Assembly (NCBI GenBank): GCA_030390025.1
Contig: CM059432.1
Location: 88,600,001-88,664,000, forward strand
DNA length: 64,000 nt
Reading direction: 5' to 3'
Source of the DNA: Squalus acanthias
Taxonomy: Eukaryota
Position 1 is the stretch's first letter, and each line of letters begins with the position of its first letter. A program made the translations under genes and the position numbers. Below, one piece after another: positions 26,826 to 38,475 of this stretch. A model generated the notes under the pieces. That model searched no databases. It saw only the letters and a program-made list of their open reading frames with translations, and had not been told where the DNA came from.

Positions 26826-28604
26826 GGCTACGATTTTCTTTATCGATGTGGCTTGGGAGCGGGTCAGTTGGCTTCCGGGTTCCAGTCCCGCCCCCAACTA
26901 CATCCGGCCCACAGACGTGATTTTACATCAATTGGCCTTGTTAAGCCCGCCCTGCAGGCTTGCCGGCCAATTAAGGCGAAGCCGGTCTGATGACGTCATT
27001 TGATGAGGCGCCATTTGCCGGTTTTCTTAAAGGGACCACGCATAATTTTTTTTTTACAACTGTTTTCTCAGTGTTTGACAGCATTGAGGTGCTGCAAACA
27101 CAGACAATCACTGTACAAAGGTGACCGCTTGCACCCAGGCTCTTCAGTGACTCCCTCCTTAGGCTAGAACAGATAGTAGCTGCAGGTGAGGTTACAGAAG
27201 CGATCTGTTACTGGTGAGAGAGGTTCTCCCAATGAGGTAGGACTAGACATACAATGCAAAGCTTGTTACCTACAGAAAAGTCTAAGGGGGAGAAATTCAG
27301 TATCGCCCCATTTGGGGCGCCATTATCGGCCGGGCGCAAAGATTAGCGCCTGGTGCTAATTATTGCCACCGACTGCAAACTTGACTTTTATCGCCCCTGG
27401 AGGTGATTGGAGCACTAAATCAGGCACTTCACACCTGTCTTAAGGCGCAAAGGCCGAGGAGCGAGGTGCTATCTCAGAGCGCTGGCGAAGCTCATGTGAT
27501 GTCAGTCAGCAATGGAACACACACACAATGGCACGGCCCAGTTCTTAAAGGGGATGGTTGATCTTGCTTTCCATCCACATCCTGCTCATTGCAGCCTTGA
27601 ATCTCGGCCTGGAGAGACCTGCACATCAAATGTGCTGGAAAGAACAATGGAGAGTACCAGGCAAAGAGCTCAGAGTGCAGCCCCCACAATCTCTTCTAAA
27701 TCAATACAAGGAATGGCAAATCAAAATGAACCTGCAAAGTGCTGCTCAGTACCCAAAACTCCTTCACACAGCGCTGAATCTCTCCAGAAGACTCTCTCTC
27801 TCTCTCTCTCTCTCTCAGAATGCGTGGTTCAAAAATGGCACCAACAATAAAAGGCAGGAAGCGGTCGCCTTAAAATAGCGCTCCCCCAGTCCCTTCCTGA
27901 CTGCAACACGCTCCCCTCAACCTGTCGTTGCTAGCGTCAGGCGGTAAGGCAGGGGGCGCCACTCAATATCCGCTCCGGGGCGATACCGGGGCGTTGCGCA
28001 CTCGACTGACGTCACGATCTGCCGGCGCAGGAGATCGTGGCGGTACTGTTTAGCGCCGCCGCAAAATGTCTAGTTAATTTCGTGAGCGGCGCAAACATCG
28101 CCGCGCCTGGGCACTAGATGCTTTGCGCCCCATTAGCGCCCTCTTAAGGCGCTAACGGGAGGCGCAACCAACTGAATTTTTCCCCCTAAATGCATTAAAA
28201 ATGATTTTCCCAATATTTTCTTACCTCTGAAACTCACCAGTGCACCATTGGATCCTTCACACCACTTCTGCAACTGTCATCGATGCAGAAACATTGCAGC
28301 AGACTCACAACACAACACACTCTGTTACATGGTGTCCGAACGTCGGGAAGCCCGAAGTAGAAGTGTCTAAATTGCAAAAGAGCCTGTTAACTGCCTGTTA
28401 ACAACCTTTAACAGGCATTTAAGTGGCTATAATCCTCTTCCCGCCGCTAGGTGACGGGTCCATGCGCAAATCGGGGACCCGACACTTGGGAAGATTGTTT
28501 GGAGGCGGGTTGACAGTGGGTTTCCTGCCCGCTGTCAATCTTTGCGATTTTGCCGGAGGTCCCGCCTCCAAACCCGCCCCCTGAGCACTGGAAAAATTCC
28601 GGCC
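26826..28604. mobile_element. Non-autonomous deletion derivative of the copy-1/copy-2 Harbinger family
   Basis: TIRs GGCTACGATTTTC / GAAAAATTCCGGCC with flanks ATT/AAT. The right end matches 47100-47252, and a remnant of the Myb start (gcacccagg...gtgactccctcc) lies at about 27130. It interrupts the repeat 26757-26825/28605-28637. Confidence 0.82.
27286..28186. mobile_element. Harbinger-type MITE (GCGCC-rich family) nested in the previous element
   Basis: TIRs GGGGGAGAAATTCAGT / ACTGAATTTTTCCCCC with a perfect TAA TSD; internal (TC)n at 27792-27816. Confidence 0.9.
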
Positions 28605-29996
28605 AATGTTTCAGGTCGATGACCTTTCATCAGAACTTTCATCAGTCTTAAAATGATGTTAACTGTAAAAACCATGACAGTCTTCAATGCATAAAATTGC
28701 TTTGTGCAGCTATTATCTGTTTAACAGTTTTTCACAGCACATGCCAAGCTGAATTCTTTTGTATTTTATCAAATAGCAGAACAAGCTGTTTATATTTACT
28801 TTCACAGAAATTACTTGAGATAAGTAGATTTGGAATTCATATAGCCATTTCATAATAATGAACTAAACCAAAAATGTTATCTTTCATTTTAAAGATGGGA
28901 CTTGCTTGAGCATATAAACACCAGATAGAGAATGTTGCTTTTTGTTCTTAAAAGTGATTTTGTGCATTAATGTAATTGTGCAGCTTTAAAATTTATTAGA
29001 TCACAAGAATTTCATACAATGTAATAAAGTATGAACATGAAAAGTATGTTCATTTATGAACTCTTTATGGTGCAAAGATAGTTAACAAGTTTGCTAGCAG
29101 TAAAGATAATATAGAAACAAGCATTTGCATACATTTTTAAATAAAACAATTCTGGACATTCTTCATCTGCAAATATATGAATCCATATGCTTTTCTGATT
29201 TGAAAATTATTAAAAAGTGATATTATTACATAAGAAAATTTGCTAGTCACTGTGTGATGTTTTCTTATTTTCCATATAATTGTATGTCATGATGTACTGC
29301 ACCAATTTACATATATAGAGGATTAAGAAAGATTAAATATTCAAAAATAAAAATTAAAGCATATTTTATATTGCTTTTCAAAGATTAAGGCATGTTCGTC
29401 AAGAGAGCATAAGAATAATTAAAGATTAGTTAGGGCGACTTACATATTAATCTAAAGAAATTAATATAAGTTAGAGACTACCTTAAACATGATGGTTTGT
29501 GTTTACGCCTTACTTTAATCTGGGTTTCGAATATTTTTGCTTCCATCACATTTTCTACTAACCCAGGATTAATGAAAGTGGGTCTGTGACTCCATTTTCT
29601 CCTCTGTACTCTCATTAGTTTATTTAGGATTTCATTGGGCTGTCAGTATAAAAAATACCGTGCCTAGTCTGGTTTCCGTGAAAAGTGGTGCAGCAGCACA
29701 ACAACCTCATACTTGCCGAACTCCATGCAGAGCCAGCATTTACTCAAACATTTACTGGCGTAGGCTTTATTTTTCCGTGTGCCTGGCACATTAAATTTAC
29801 CATGACTGTTTAAAGCAACTAAATTATCCAATCTGTATGTGCCAAACTGTTCCATGTTCTGGACTCTCATCAGATTCTCACTTCCATATGAACTTGCTGA
29901 ATCAAAGTAAGACAATATCAGGGCCATTCTTCAAAAATCCCCAGTAATAGCCCCCTGTTTCCATAAATGTAAAGGCTTAAGCAGCTTAGAGCATTG

Positions 29997-30062
29997 TCAT
30001 TTATGCTTGCAGAATTCCAGATATAGTGCATCCATGTCTCCTAGAATGCAGTCAACCATATC
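29997..30062 (-). CDS. Candidate terminal exon of an unidentified host transcript
   Basis: Strong acceptor ctcactaaacccttcttttacag|G. It reads either G-IWLTAF* (stop at 30041) or DMVDCILGDMDALYLEFCKHK* (stop at 29997). AATAAA occurs downstream near 29765 and 29620. Confidence 0.4.
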   Translation of the reverse strand, partial: DMVDCILGDMDALYLEFCKHK

Positions 30063-31560
30063 CTGTAAAAGAAGGGTTTAGTGAGCAATTAAGCAGCTAT
30101 ATTAAGTGAAAATATTTTAAAACCTTCCCGTTGTAGTATTGCTAGCTTTATCATGAAAGGTTTATATTGTACTTGGGTTGAACAATTTAAAACAAATGTA
30201 CTAATTGAAATCAAGACTCCTGTGTGTTTAATGTTGTGCACTATACATGCAATTTATGGTTGATGTTCGGTACTTCTGGAATTTGTGTTTTTAATACATT
30301 CCACAGAAAAAACTGTAACCTCTTAAATGTTGAATCATCTTTTGTTTTCCATAATCCTCTATTACATTTCAATGGGAAAATGCAGATAAAATTTCAATTG
30401 CAATTGACTGACAATTTTAAGAGGCTTGCTTCACAATATTACCGGTGATGAGATAGTAAAACTGCCTGAAACATGCTAAGTGCTTCTATGGTTTTCAATG
30501 CCAAATTGGTTTGATATTTTTGTTAACAAAAGCATGTAAACTCACAAGCATATTATATAGACTATTCTGAAAATATTACTTTTGGCTAAAGACAAGGGAT
30601 TTTTTTTTAAATTGTAGAAACTTTGTACCAAATACTAAGTTAATAATAGGATTGTTGACTTAAGTTGCCTGCTTCTTTCAAAGGGTTAAAAGGTGGGTTT
30701 GATGGGTGCTCACTGAAGTGGAAACTGCAGAATTTGTGCACAGAATAGATATTTTCTCGAATGGTCACAAAACACTCATAAAGTATGTGATTATTTGCTT
30801 TGATTAAATTGAGACTAAAACGGATAATACATTTTGCTAATGCGGAAATAAAATTCATTATTACCTTTCCGGTAATATTGTTTTTATACTACTATTTTTT
30901 TGATTTTTGGAAATAAATGACAGTTAAAAATTAAGTGTGTTAACATTTTGTGAAAAATGAAGTCACACATACAGGCCATTTTAAATATTTATTGAAAAAA
31001 TTGTATAATAGAATTCAGTCATGTTAAAGTGGGTTAAAGATATGTTCTTATTCTGTTAAAAACAAAAAGGAGGAATGTTATACAAATTAGCAAAAAAAAG
31101 ATTTTTTTTTTGAAGTATCCTAATCTGAACGAAATTCCTCGAGCAGAAACTCTACAAAAATACATTCCAAACACTGCTTGTTCCTTAACAATTGCCTTTG
31201 TTGCAACACTTTATTCTGAGCCTCCAATGCACGGGTTTGTCATGAATACTAAAGTACTGACTGAGATGATGTTTCATTAAAAAATTAAAAAGAAAATATG
31301 CAAAAATAGTTTGCCAACCTCACTAGCACAGTGCTATGTGAGTTTTTGGAGGTTCCTAAAGTAGCCACCAATCAGGAATCGTCCATGGATTTTACACACC
31401 TTAAACAAAGAAAGGTGCAGCCACATGAAATATTTGATCCTTAAGTGAAAAAAAGTTCAAAGTAAAATAGAAAATCAGGATAATGCAGTAATAATAAGCA
31501 AACTAAATATCATAAATAAGTGGAAGCAGTGAATGTTTCCCTGTAAACTAATCTTCTTAC

Positions 31561-31616
31561 CCCATCAAAAGGACATCCCTGTTTTGACCTGATCTCATCA
31601 GCAGTGGATACACAGC
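31561..31616 (-). CDS. Candidate 56-nt internal exon
   Basis: Acceptor aatgtttttcag|G and donor GGG|gtaaga. It is open in two frames (AVYPLLMRSGQNRDVLLMG or CVSTADEIRSKQGCPFDG), both phase-compatible with the exon at 30062. Confidence 0.45.
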
Positions 31617-33279
31617 CTGAAAAACATTTCTAGGAAAGACCAAATGAAAACAGCTTGCACAGCAAAAGCTTACAAAAGTGTCGGCTCCACAACCAGTAAT
31701 TTATCACAAATGAGATTGCTGCAGAGCCGACAGATACCTGGAATTGCAGAGTGTTGCCTGTGTACCTCACATTACAGCAGTACAATAATAGCAACACTAA
31801 CTCTGTATATCAGTATCAGTAAGCAAAATACCAGAGCCTTATCACAAAAGCATTGCTCATTACTGCTATCACAAAGTTTAATTATTAAAATAAATTGTTA
31901 AATTGAAATGATGTCAAAAAAGCTTCTGTGAATTGTAAACTATTTACAATTTACATTTTACAATTGTTTACTTTTTCAGGTTAAATATATTTTATAATAC
32001 CTTGTTGGGTTTTGTTGTAATGCTAGCTTATTATCGCAAAGCCTATCAACTAAACAAAAAATCAATTGAACAAAAACAAATTTTGATTAGGTATAAATAT
32101 AGATGCAAGAATTTCAATGTTTTATGTTTCAAAACACAAACATATTATGAACATAATGTAGTAATGTTGCATTGGTGAGGAAAACTTGTTTAGTAACGGA
32201 GAGGCTAACCCAGAAGACATCCATGTACCTATTATTGCTAAAATCAATACTGTGCTGGTTAAATTGATCAACCAAATAGGGGACAAATACAGAAGTGAGA
32301 GCTCTCATCTTTCTTTCTGAAAGGTGAGTGAACTTTACAGCAAACAAAGGCACAATGTAAATCATTCACGGTTTTGTTTAATGTACAACCTTGGTAAAGT
32401 AACAGGCTTTAATGAAAACATTGACCAGTGTTCAAGTATAATATTTAGAAAATTGCCATTATAGAATTCTTACTACAAATAATGCTGTATTGATAAATAG
32501 AGCACAGAATCAGCATTATTAAATTTACATAACTTTTATATATTTGCTCCTTAGCCATAAAAAAAATCAATATTACTGTATTACATGTATTACACACTAC
32601 CTCAATCTATAATGTTTGATCACATTTGAGCATTTTGTGCCATGAGGTTATCACTTCCTAAAGCAAGTCTGTTATGTGATATATCTTTATTGTAATGTGT
32701 GTGTGAGAATAGTTTCGCTCCCCACCCACACCCCCAATTTATTGTGCATCTGTGGAAGAATCCTGAGTGTTGCTACGACTTGGTTTCATGCTTCCCCTGA
32801 CAGATTGGAAAAACAGTTTGTTCTACTAAATTTAACAATGATATATCATTATCACAACTTTGGGAGGCAATCCATAAGATCAATAAGTTTATAGCCTAAC
32901 TAGGATTTGGATTGCTTCCATGCTGAGTGGCTGCCATACCACAAGTCATGTATAGTGAGCCACAGGCAACAATAGTTCAGCAAAAGGATGTCTTGTGCAC
33001 TTGTTCTAACTATTGTAGTTAAAATTCCCTTTCCTAAAGCCAGAGGTAGAATAGATTTTTTAAAAGGCTTCTCTAAATGCTGAAATGTCACTACATTCAT
33101 TTCAAGTTAATTTTCTTAAACATTTGGAGGAAGCACAACTAAAAATTGCAATGTACTGACATGTACTCAATTTAAAATAAAAATACTCATAGTTGAGTTC
33201 ATTTGGGAAATATTCTTTCCTCATAAATAATTGAAATGAAGACATCTGAAATTACGTTTGATAAGTACAGAACAACATC

Positions 33280-34300
33280 TGTGACATTTCCAAACAAGAA
33301 CTGCTTTCGGATGCAGAAACTGTTCAAATTTGCATTAATTGAGAGATCAAGATTTGCTTGCCTGGGCCAAAATGAGTCCATTGTGCTTAAGGTAATTAGT
33401 GTTTGATAAACAGGCCTGAAATGAGCTAAGACACAGCTGTCTGTGTTTGTGGTAGAAGACATATCAGTGGCCGTGCTACAACAATCGATTGGCTAGCTGT
33501 GACATCCCTCAAGCCATGTCACCAGAGTAAAAGAAACCCCAAATTGACCAATAATAAAGTGTTGGAAGTTGTAGTAGCTGCCTCATGGGGCTTGTACTTG
33601 TAGTGGAAAGCACACCCTTCCCCCACTGCCATCAATCCTCCCTGAAGGACTGTATGTGGCACTAAATTAGCAAACAGGCTAACATAACATCTAGAAGGGA
33701 CATCTGTTAAAGATCCCCACCCTCTCCATGACAGTTCTTTTCCCAAGAAGATGTTTTGGTGGAAAATTCTAAACACTTATTTTGTCTCTTTGCTGTGTAA
33801 TAAAGTCTAAATTTGCAAACAAATTATTGGTATTGAACACTAGTAACTTTTTTATGATTCCAGATATTCTAAGGTTTTTGCTAAATTTGTACATACTTCT
33901 GTGAATCAACAGAAGTTTAGGTTGCAAAGCTCAAATAGGTGTAATATGAGCCCTTATTGCAAAATAAAATCAACCAACACCTATATACTATTTTAAATGT
34001 TTGTAGTGACTTAGAATGTAATGCCTTTTTTAATGACCCCAATGCATTTTTTTTCACCTGAATCAAATATGTCAGCAATTGTTAGCTATTTCTTTTTTGA
34101 TTTTTACTGCTCTGATTGTGCAGTCTTTTTCTGTCATGGGCCACTGACCATATAGAGCATCAGCTGACTTTATATCAAAGACCAACAAGCATGGAAGCTG
34201 TTGGTGTTAGTGCATTGAAGACCAGTGACCATAAATATTTAATTCATCAGGAGCATCTATGGACCTTGACTGAGTCTCTCATCTATTCAGTCTTTTAAGT
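33280..34300. promoter_or_regulatory. Candidate conserved non-coding elements (about 33280-33560 and 34100-34300)
   Basis: TTTGCATTAATTG, GTAATTAG, GATTGG and CATAAATATTTAATT motifs in non-repetitive sequence; conservation untested. Confidence 0.3.
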
Positions 34301-34840
34301 TGCATTGAAGAAAGATTAAAACAGTACATCAGAAGTTTTTATATGTACTATAAAATTACAAAGTGTAATGCAGGTGAATCTGGTTTCTTCAAAGCTAATT
34401 AAGTATATTTGTAAAGAGAGTTTCTCACAGGATGTTATAATCTGATCAATTATAGTAGGAATTAGACAAAGGATAACAATTATTAAAATATTTCTGTGCT
34501 TTATGTCTTAACTAAAATAGTTAGATAAATTATGCTTTATAAAACTAACACAGCTTAATAACAATTGTTATATAGTTATCTTGCATCGTGAGAAATAGAT
34601 TATGGGTTTTACTGTATTATAGAGACATTTTATTCGATAATTTTTATGATTTTGTGGATTTAATATGACTAATCTGAAGTACACATCAGAAGTTTCAATG
34701 TATATAATGCACATAAATATTCATGTATGTACATGTTTGGTTCTTCTAATCAAAACTGCTACAAACTAAAATACTGTTTCCCAGAATAATCACTGGTGCT
34801 GGTTGTTAATATTTGGAGTCACAGCTAATCCCAAACTCAC

Positions 34841-34901
34841 ATACTTAGCTGAAGGTGTATTTACAAATTCCTCAGACAAAACTAAAACATAAACAAGTTG
34901 C
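34841..34901 (-). CDS. Candidate internal exon (start 34881 or 34901)
   Basis: Donor TAT|gtgagt; acceptor ttgtttatgttttag| or gatccattcag|; open frame (QLVYVLV)LSEEFVNTPSAKY ending in phase 0. Confidence 0.33.
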
Positions 34902-35209
34902 CTGAATGGATCAATGGTTTACATCTCTGTCATAACAATTGTTGGTTGTTGCTTAATCTACTGACTTAAATCACTCTGAAGCAACGTTTTAAAAAGCAAA
35001 ACACAGCATAAACTAATCTTGGTTCTTATTTAAAATATTCTTCAGTAGCAGTGTACATTGTATAATAGTGAGGTAACAGCAATATTTAGATTAATGTTCT
35101 ACTCGTGTTGTTGACGCTCTAATTCCTGCACAGCATATAGCAAGGGGAAAGGGTGGAATTTATGTTCTAACCGTCATTTGTCCATAATTAATGGACAAGT
35201 GTTTATCAC

Positions 35210-35330
35210 CTTGCTGTGTGCAAATTGGATCCCGTGTTTCCCTACATTGCAACAATGATTACACTTCAAAAAGTACTTCATTAGCTGTGAAGGTCATGAA
35301 AGGTGCTATTTAAATCCAAGTTCTTCCTTT
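35210..35330 (+). mobile_element. Deu-domain-type SINE 3' fragment with an L2-like tail
   Basis: Matches the reverse complement of 60001-60230 (tttccctacatt.caaca.tga.tacacttcaaaaagtacttcatt.gctgt). Confidence 0.7.
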
Positions 35331-36549
35331 CACCGTAATAATCTAAAGGTATTTTGGCCGGCTTGTGCCAAATTTGATGCCATTCTGTTTTTGTTTAGGC
35401 CAGAATAGTTCCTCTTCAAAATAGAGTTATTACAATTAAATTCAAGTTTGATGTCGCCAACATTTGGATTTTCATTGTCAATGGTATAATTTTGAAAATG
35501 TGTGGTTTTACACAGAATTTAACATGGACACATCTCATCGCCTTATAGATGCATTTAAAAGAGGGACCTGCATTGACTTAACAGCTGTTTCACAGATATG
35601 CGCACTAAATTTAATATTTATATTTTTGCTTATGGAGCCAATTTCTTCTCCTCTTTAAGAAGTGAAACTGCAGGTAACAATTTCAGCGTAGTAAAGTACT
35701 TACGTCCTAATGTGTGTTCCACCATTACTTTTTTTTTGAAAGAAAAACTTTTTGACTGTGTAAGCCCGTTCTTAATACCGATATTGCTGGCAGGTACTTA
35801 CAGCGAAATTTCTTGCCAATCGCATTATCATTCGCTGAAATATAAAACTGGATTACACAAGCAGAAATTAGCATAAATATTCAGGGTACACGGAAAGGGC
35901 TCCAATTCCTTCTGTAAGTCGCACTTTAAGAAAATTAAAATTCTAAACCATTTTTTAAATTTGAAACCATCATATTTCCACATTAAGTACAACACATTGA
36001 AGAAAATACAATCATGAAACCATTTCAATTTTTAATGTAACTAATTCTATGCACAAAAATATATTTAAAGATATCAGTGAGGAGAAATTTTTAAACATTG
36101 CATAAAACATCACAATAAAACACTGGAAATACGACTTTGGGTTCTGCTCCGACTAAAATTTTGTTGACGTATATTTACACCCGTTCAAAACAGCGTAAAT
36201 GCAGGAAACTCTCATTCTTTCGACTTCTGAATGGGGGGTGGGCTATGTTAATGAGGGTTTTGGTGGAGGTTTCACTATATTGCCACAAAAGAGTGAGGTA
36301 ATTCGGCGGACGCATAAAAATGGGTGTATTCATTTATGCTTGAGTTTCCTCGATGTTTTACGCTTAAAATTGGCGTAGCTTCGTACTTGTGCGTGTCAAG
36401 CTAGGCTTCCGTAATATAATGACAACTTTTTTTCGTTATCTCTTTTTAATGTCGTCAGATGTTCAAAGTTACATTTTAAGAAAAGCAAATTTTTCCATTG
36501 GCCACTGTCAGGGCTCCTGATCTATACTGCCATATTCTCATTTCCCCCT

Positions 36550-36770
36550 AGAACCATCGAAGTTTACAGCACAGTGGAAGGCTAATTGGCCCATCGTACT
36601 TGTTCCAGCTCTTTGCTAGAGTGATCCAGAACTGTTCCCACTGTACTGCTTTCTTCAGACCTGTATCTTCTTTTGCTTCAAATATTTATACAATTTTCCC
36701 TTAAAAATGATCTCTACCTTAACCATTCTCTGTGGAAAAAGTTCACTGCTCCAAAATCTCTGTATAAAGA
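36550..36770 (-). mobile_element. Old CR1 3'-end fragment
   Basis: Similar to 3241-3480 (agtttacagcacag..gaaggc.a.t.ggcccatcgt). Confidence 0.65.
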
Positions 36771-37321
36771 ACAAAGTTTGAAATGTAGAGCAAGGAGTTA
36801 GCATGTTAATTGTTTTCTACATGTTCTCACCGGTGGTGCACACACTAAGGACAATACAAGTAGTTTGGAAAACAGCATGTTAGGGCTATTTTGCTTGGGC
36901 AGCGTGGATGGGTAACTGTCTCAGTTCTGCTAGGCACTGAGATATCGGGGTAGATTTTCACTGGCTCTGCTGGGTGGAAATGGGGTGGTAGCATCCAGAA
37001 CTTCGTGGGGAATAACTTAGCTCCATGTTCCCATTACCGATCCAGCCAATGCCACATTGTTCGGGTCCTTTTATAGGCGGACCAGGTGCCCGCCTGAGGC
37101 AGATGGGAGGCTCACTTAGACATTTAAATCGGAGTTCTATGACTTCAATAGGACACCAACGCCATTTTGACTGATCAAGGCAGCAGTAGCGCTGAGTGGT
37201 GGACCCGCAAAGTAATACTGGGTGCTACAGGCTGGACATGATGATTGGGAGGGCTGTTTGAACCTGCACACAATCTGCCTGAATGTAGCTTGGTTGCATT
37301 TGTGGAGCTTTTGGAGAGTCT

Positions 37322-38475
37322 GGCTGGAATTTTCCCCTAAAATAATGGGTGGATTTGGAGTGTGGGGGCAGTTAAATTGTTAAAAATGGGATTACTGACA
37401 TGATTCCGTCTCCAACCCGCCCACTTCTGGTTTTAATGGAGGCGGGATGGGGGGCGGGCAACCAACCTGCTCCCAGGGGGTGGTACATCAATTCAAATAT
37501 TATAATGAGGCTAGAAGCCTCCTTCTTAACCTCCATTTTGAATTTAACTGCCTGTGGACGGGTTTCGCACAATTCGTGAAACCCAGCAGTTAAACCGAGG
37601 CGGGGACTGCTGGATCCAGGGGACAAGTGGCTTTATACCTACCTCCTGGATCCAGGGTCCCTAACTAACCCACCCCCGCGATCGGAGACCCCACCACGAG
37701 GCCTCTGGTCGCCTCCCCAGGCCTCCCCACCACCCCACCGATGATGCTGAGCCGGCCACAATCCTCTGGTGGCCGGCCCAGATCCTCTCTTCCCCCCTGC
37801 CGAACCCTGGCTGACCCTCCCCCCCCGACCCAGCTGATCCCCGACCCCCCCCATCCCCGATCCTCCTCTGGGAATCCCCGACCGAGCCAGCCAATCCCTG
37901 ACCCCCTCCCGCCGATCCCCGACTAAGCCAGCTGATCCCTGACACCCCACCACGATCCCCGACCAAACCAGCCAATCCCTGACCCCCTCCCGCCGATCCC
38001 CGACTGAGCCAGCCAATCCCCGACACCCCACCATGATCCCCGACCAAGCCAGCCAATCCCTGACCCCCTCCCGCCGATCCCCGACTAAGCCAGCCAATCC
38101 CCGACATCCCACCATGATCCCCGACAAAGCCAGCCAATCCCTGACCCCCTCCTGCCGATCCCCGACTGAGCCAGCCAATCCCCGACACCCCACCACGATC
38201 CCCGACCAAGCCAGCCAATCCTGACCCTCAACCCCTGCCGAACCCTGACTGAGCCAGCCGATCCCCTCACCCCCCTCCACTCCCACTGCGATCCCTTCCC
38301 CAGACCAACCCCACGCTCCCTCTCTACATCTGCAGGCCTACCCGCCCGCAGCCAGCCAGCCTCTCAATCTGGCTGGCTGCGGATGGGAATCCGAGGCCTC
38401 ACATGCAAATCAGGCCCTACCATTAAAGTCGGCAGGGCCTGCGGGAAACCCGCCTACCTGGGGAAAATTCCGGCC
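37322..38475. mobile_element. Harbinger-type MITE (CCCGCC family)
   Basis: TIRs GGCTGGAATTTTCCCC / GGGGAAAATTCCGGCC with a perfect TCT TSD. Confidence 0.9.
37872..38265. repeat. 81-bp tandem repeat (about 5 copies) built from about 20-bp GATCCCCGAC subunits, inside the MITE
   Basis: The marker tccctgaccccctcc recurs at 37895, 37976, 38057 and 38138. Confidence 0.92.

Noticed and set aside
29664..29927. 87-aa minus-strand ORF
   Set aside because: No recognisable domain. It lies in what would be the 3'UTR of the candidate terminal exon.
32170..32330. Plus-strand open stretch ending near AAG|gtgagt
   Set aside because: There is a stop codon just before the donor, no convincing acceptor and no partner exons.
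37639..38286. 215-aa and 185-aa Gly-rich ORFs
   Set aside because: Translations of the 81-bp tandem repeat inside a MITE.
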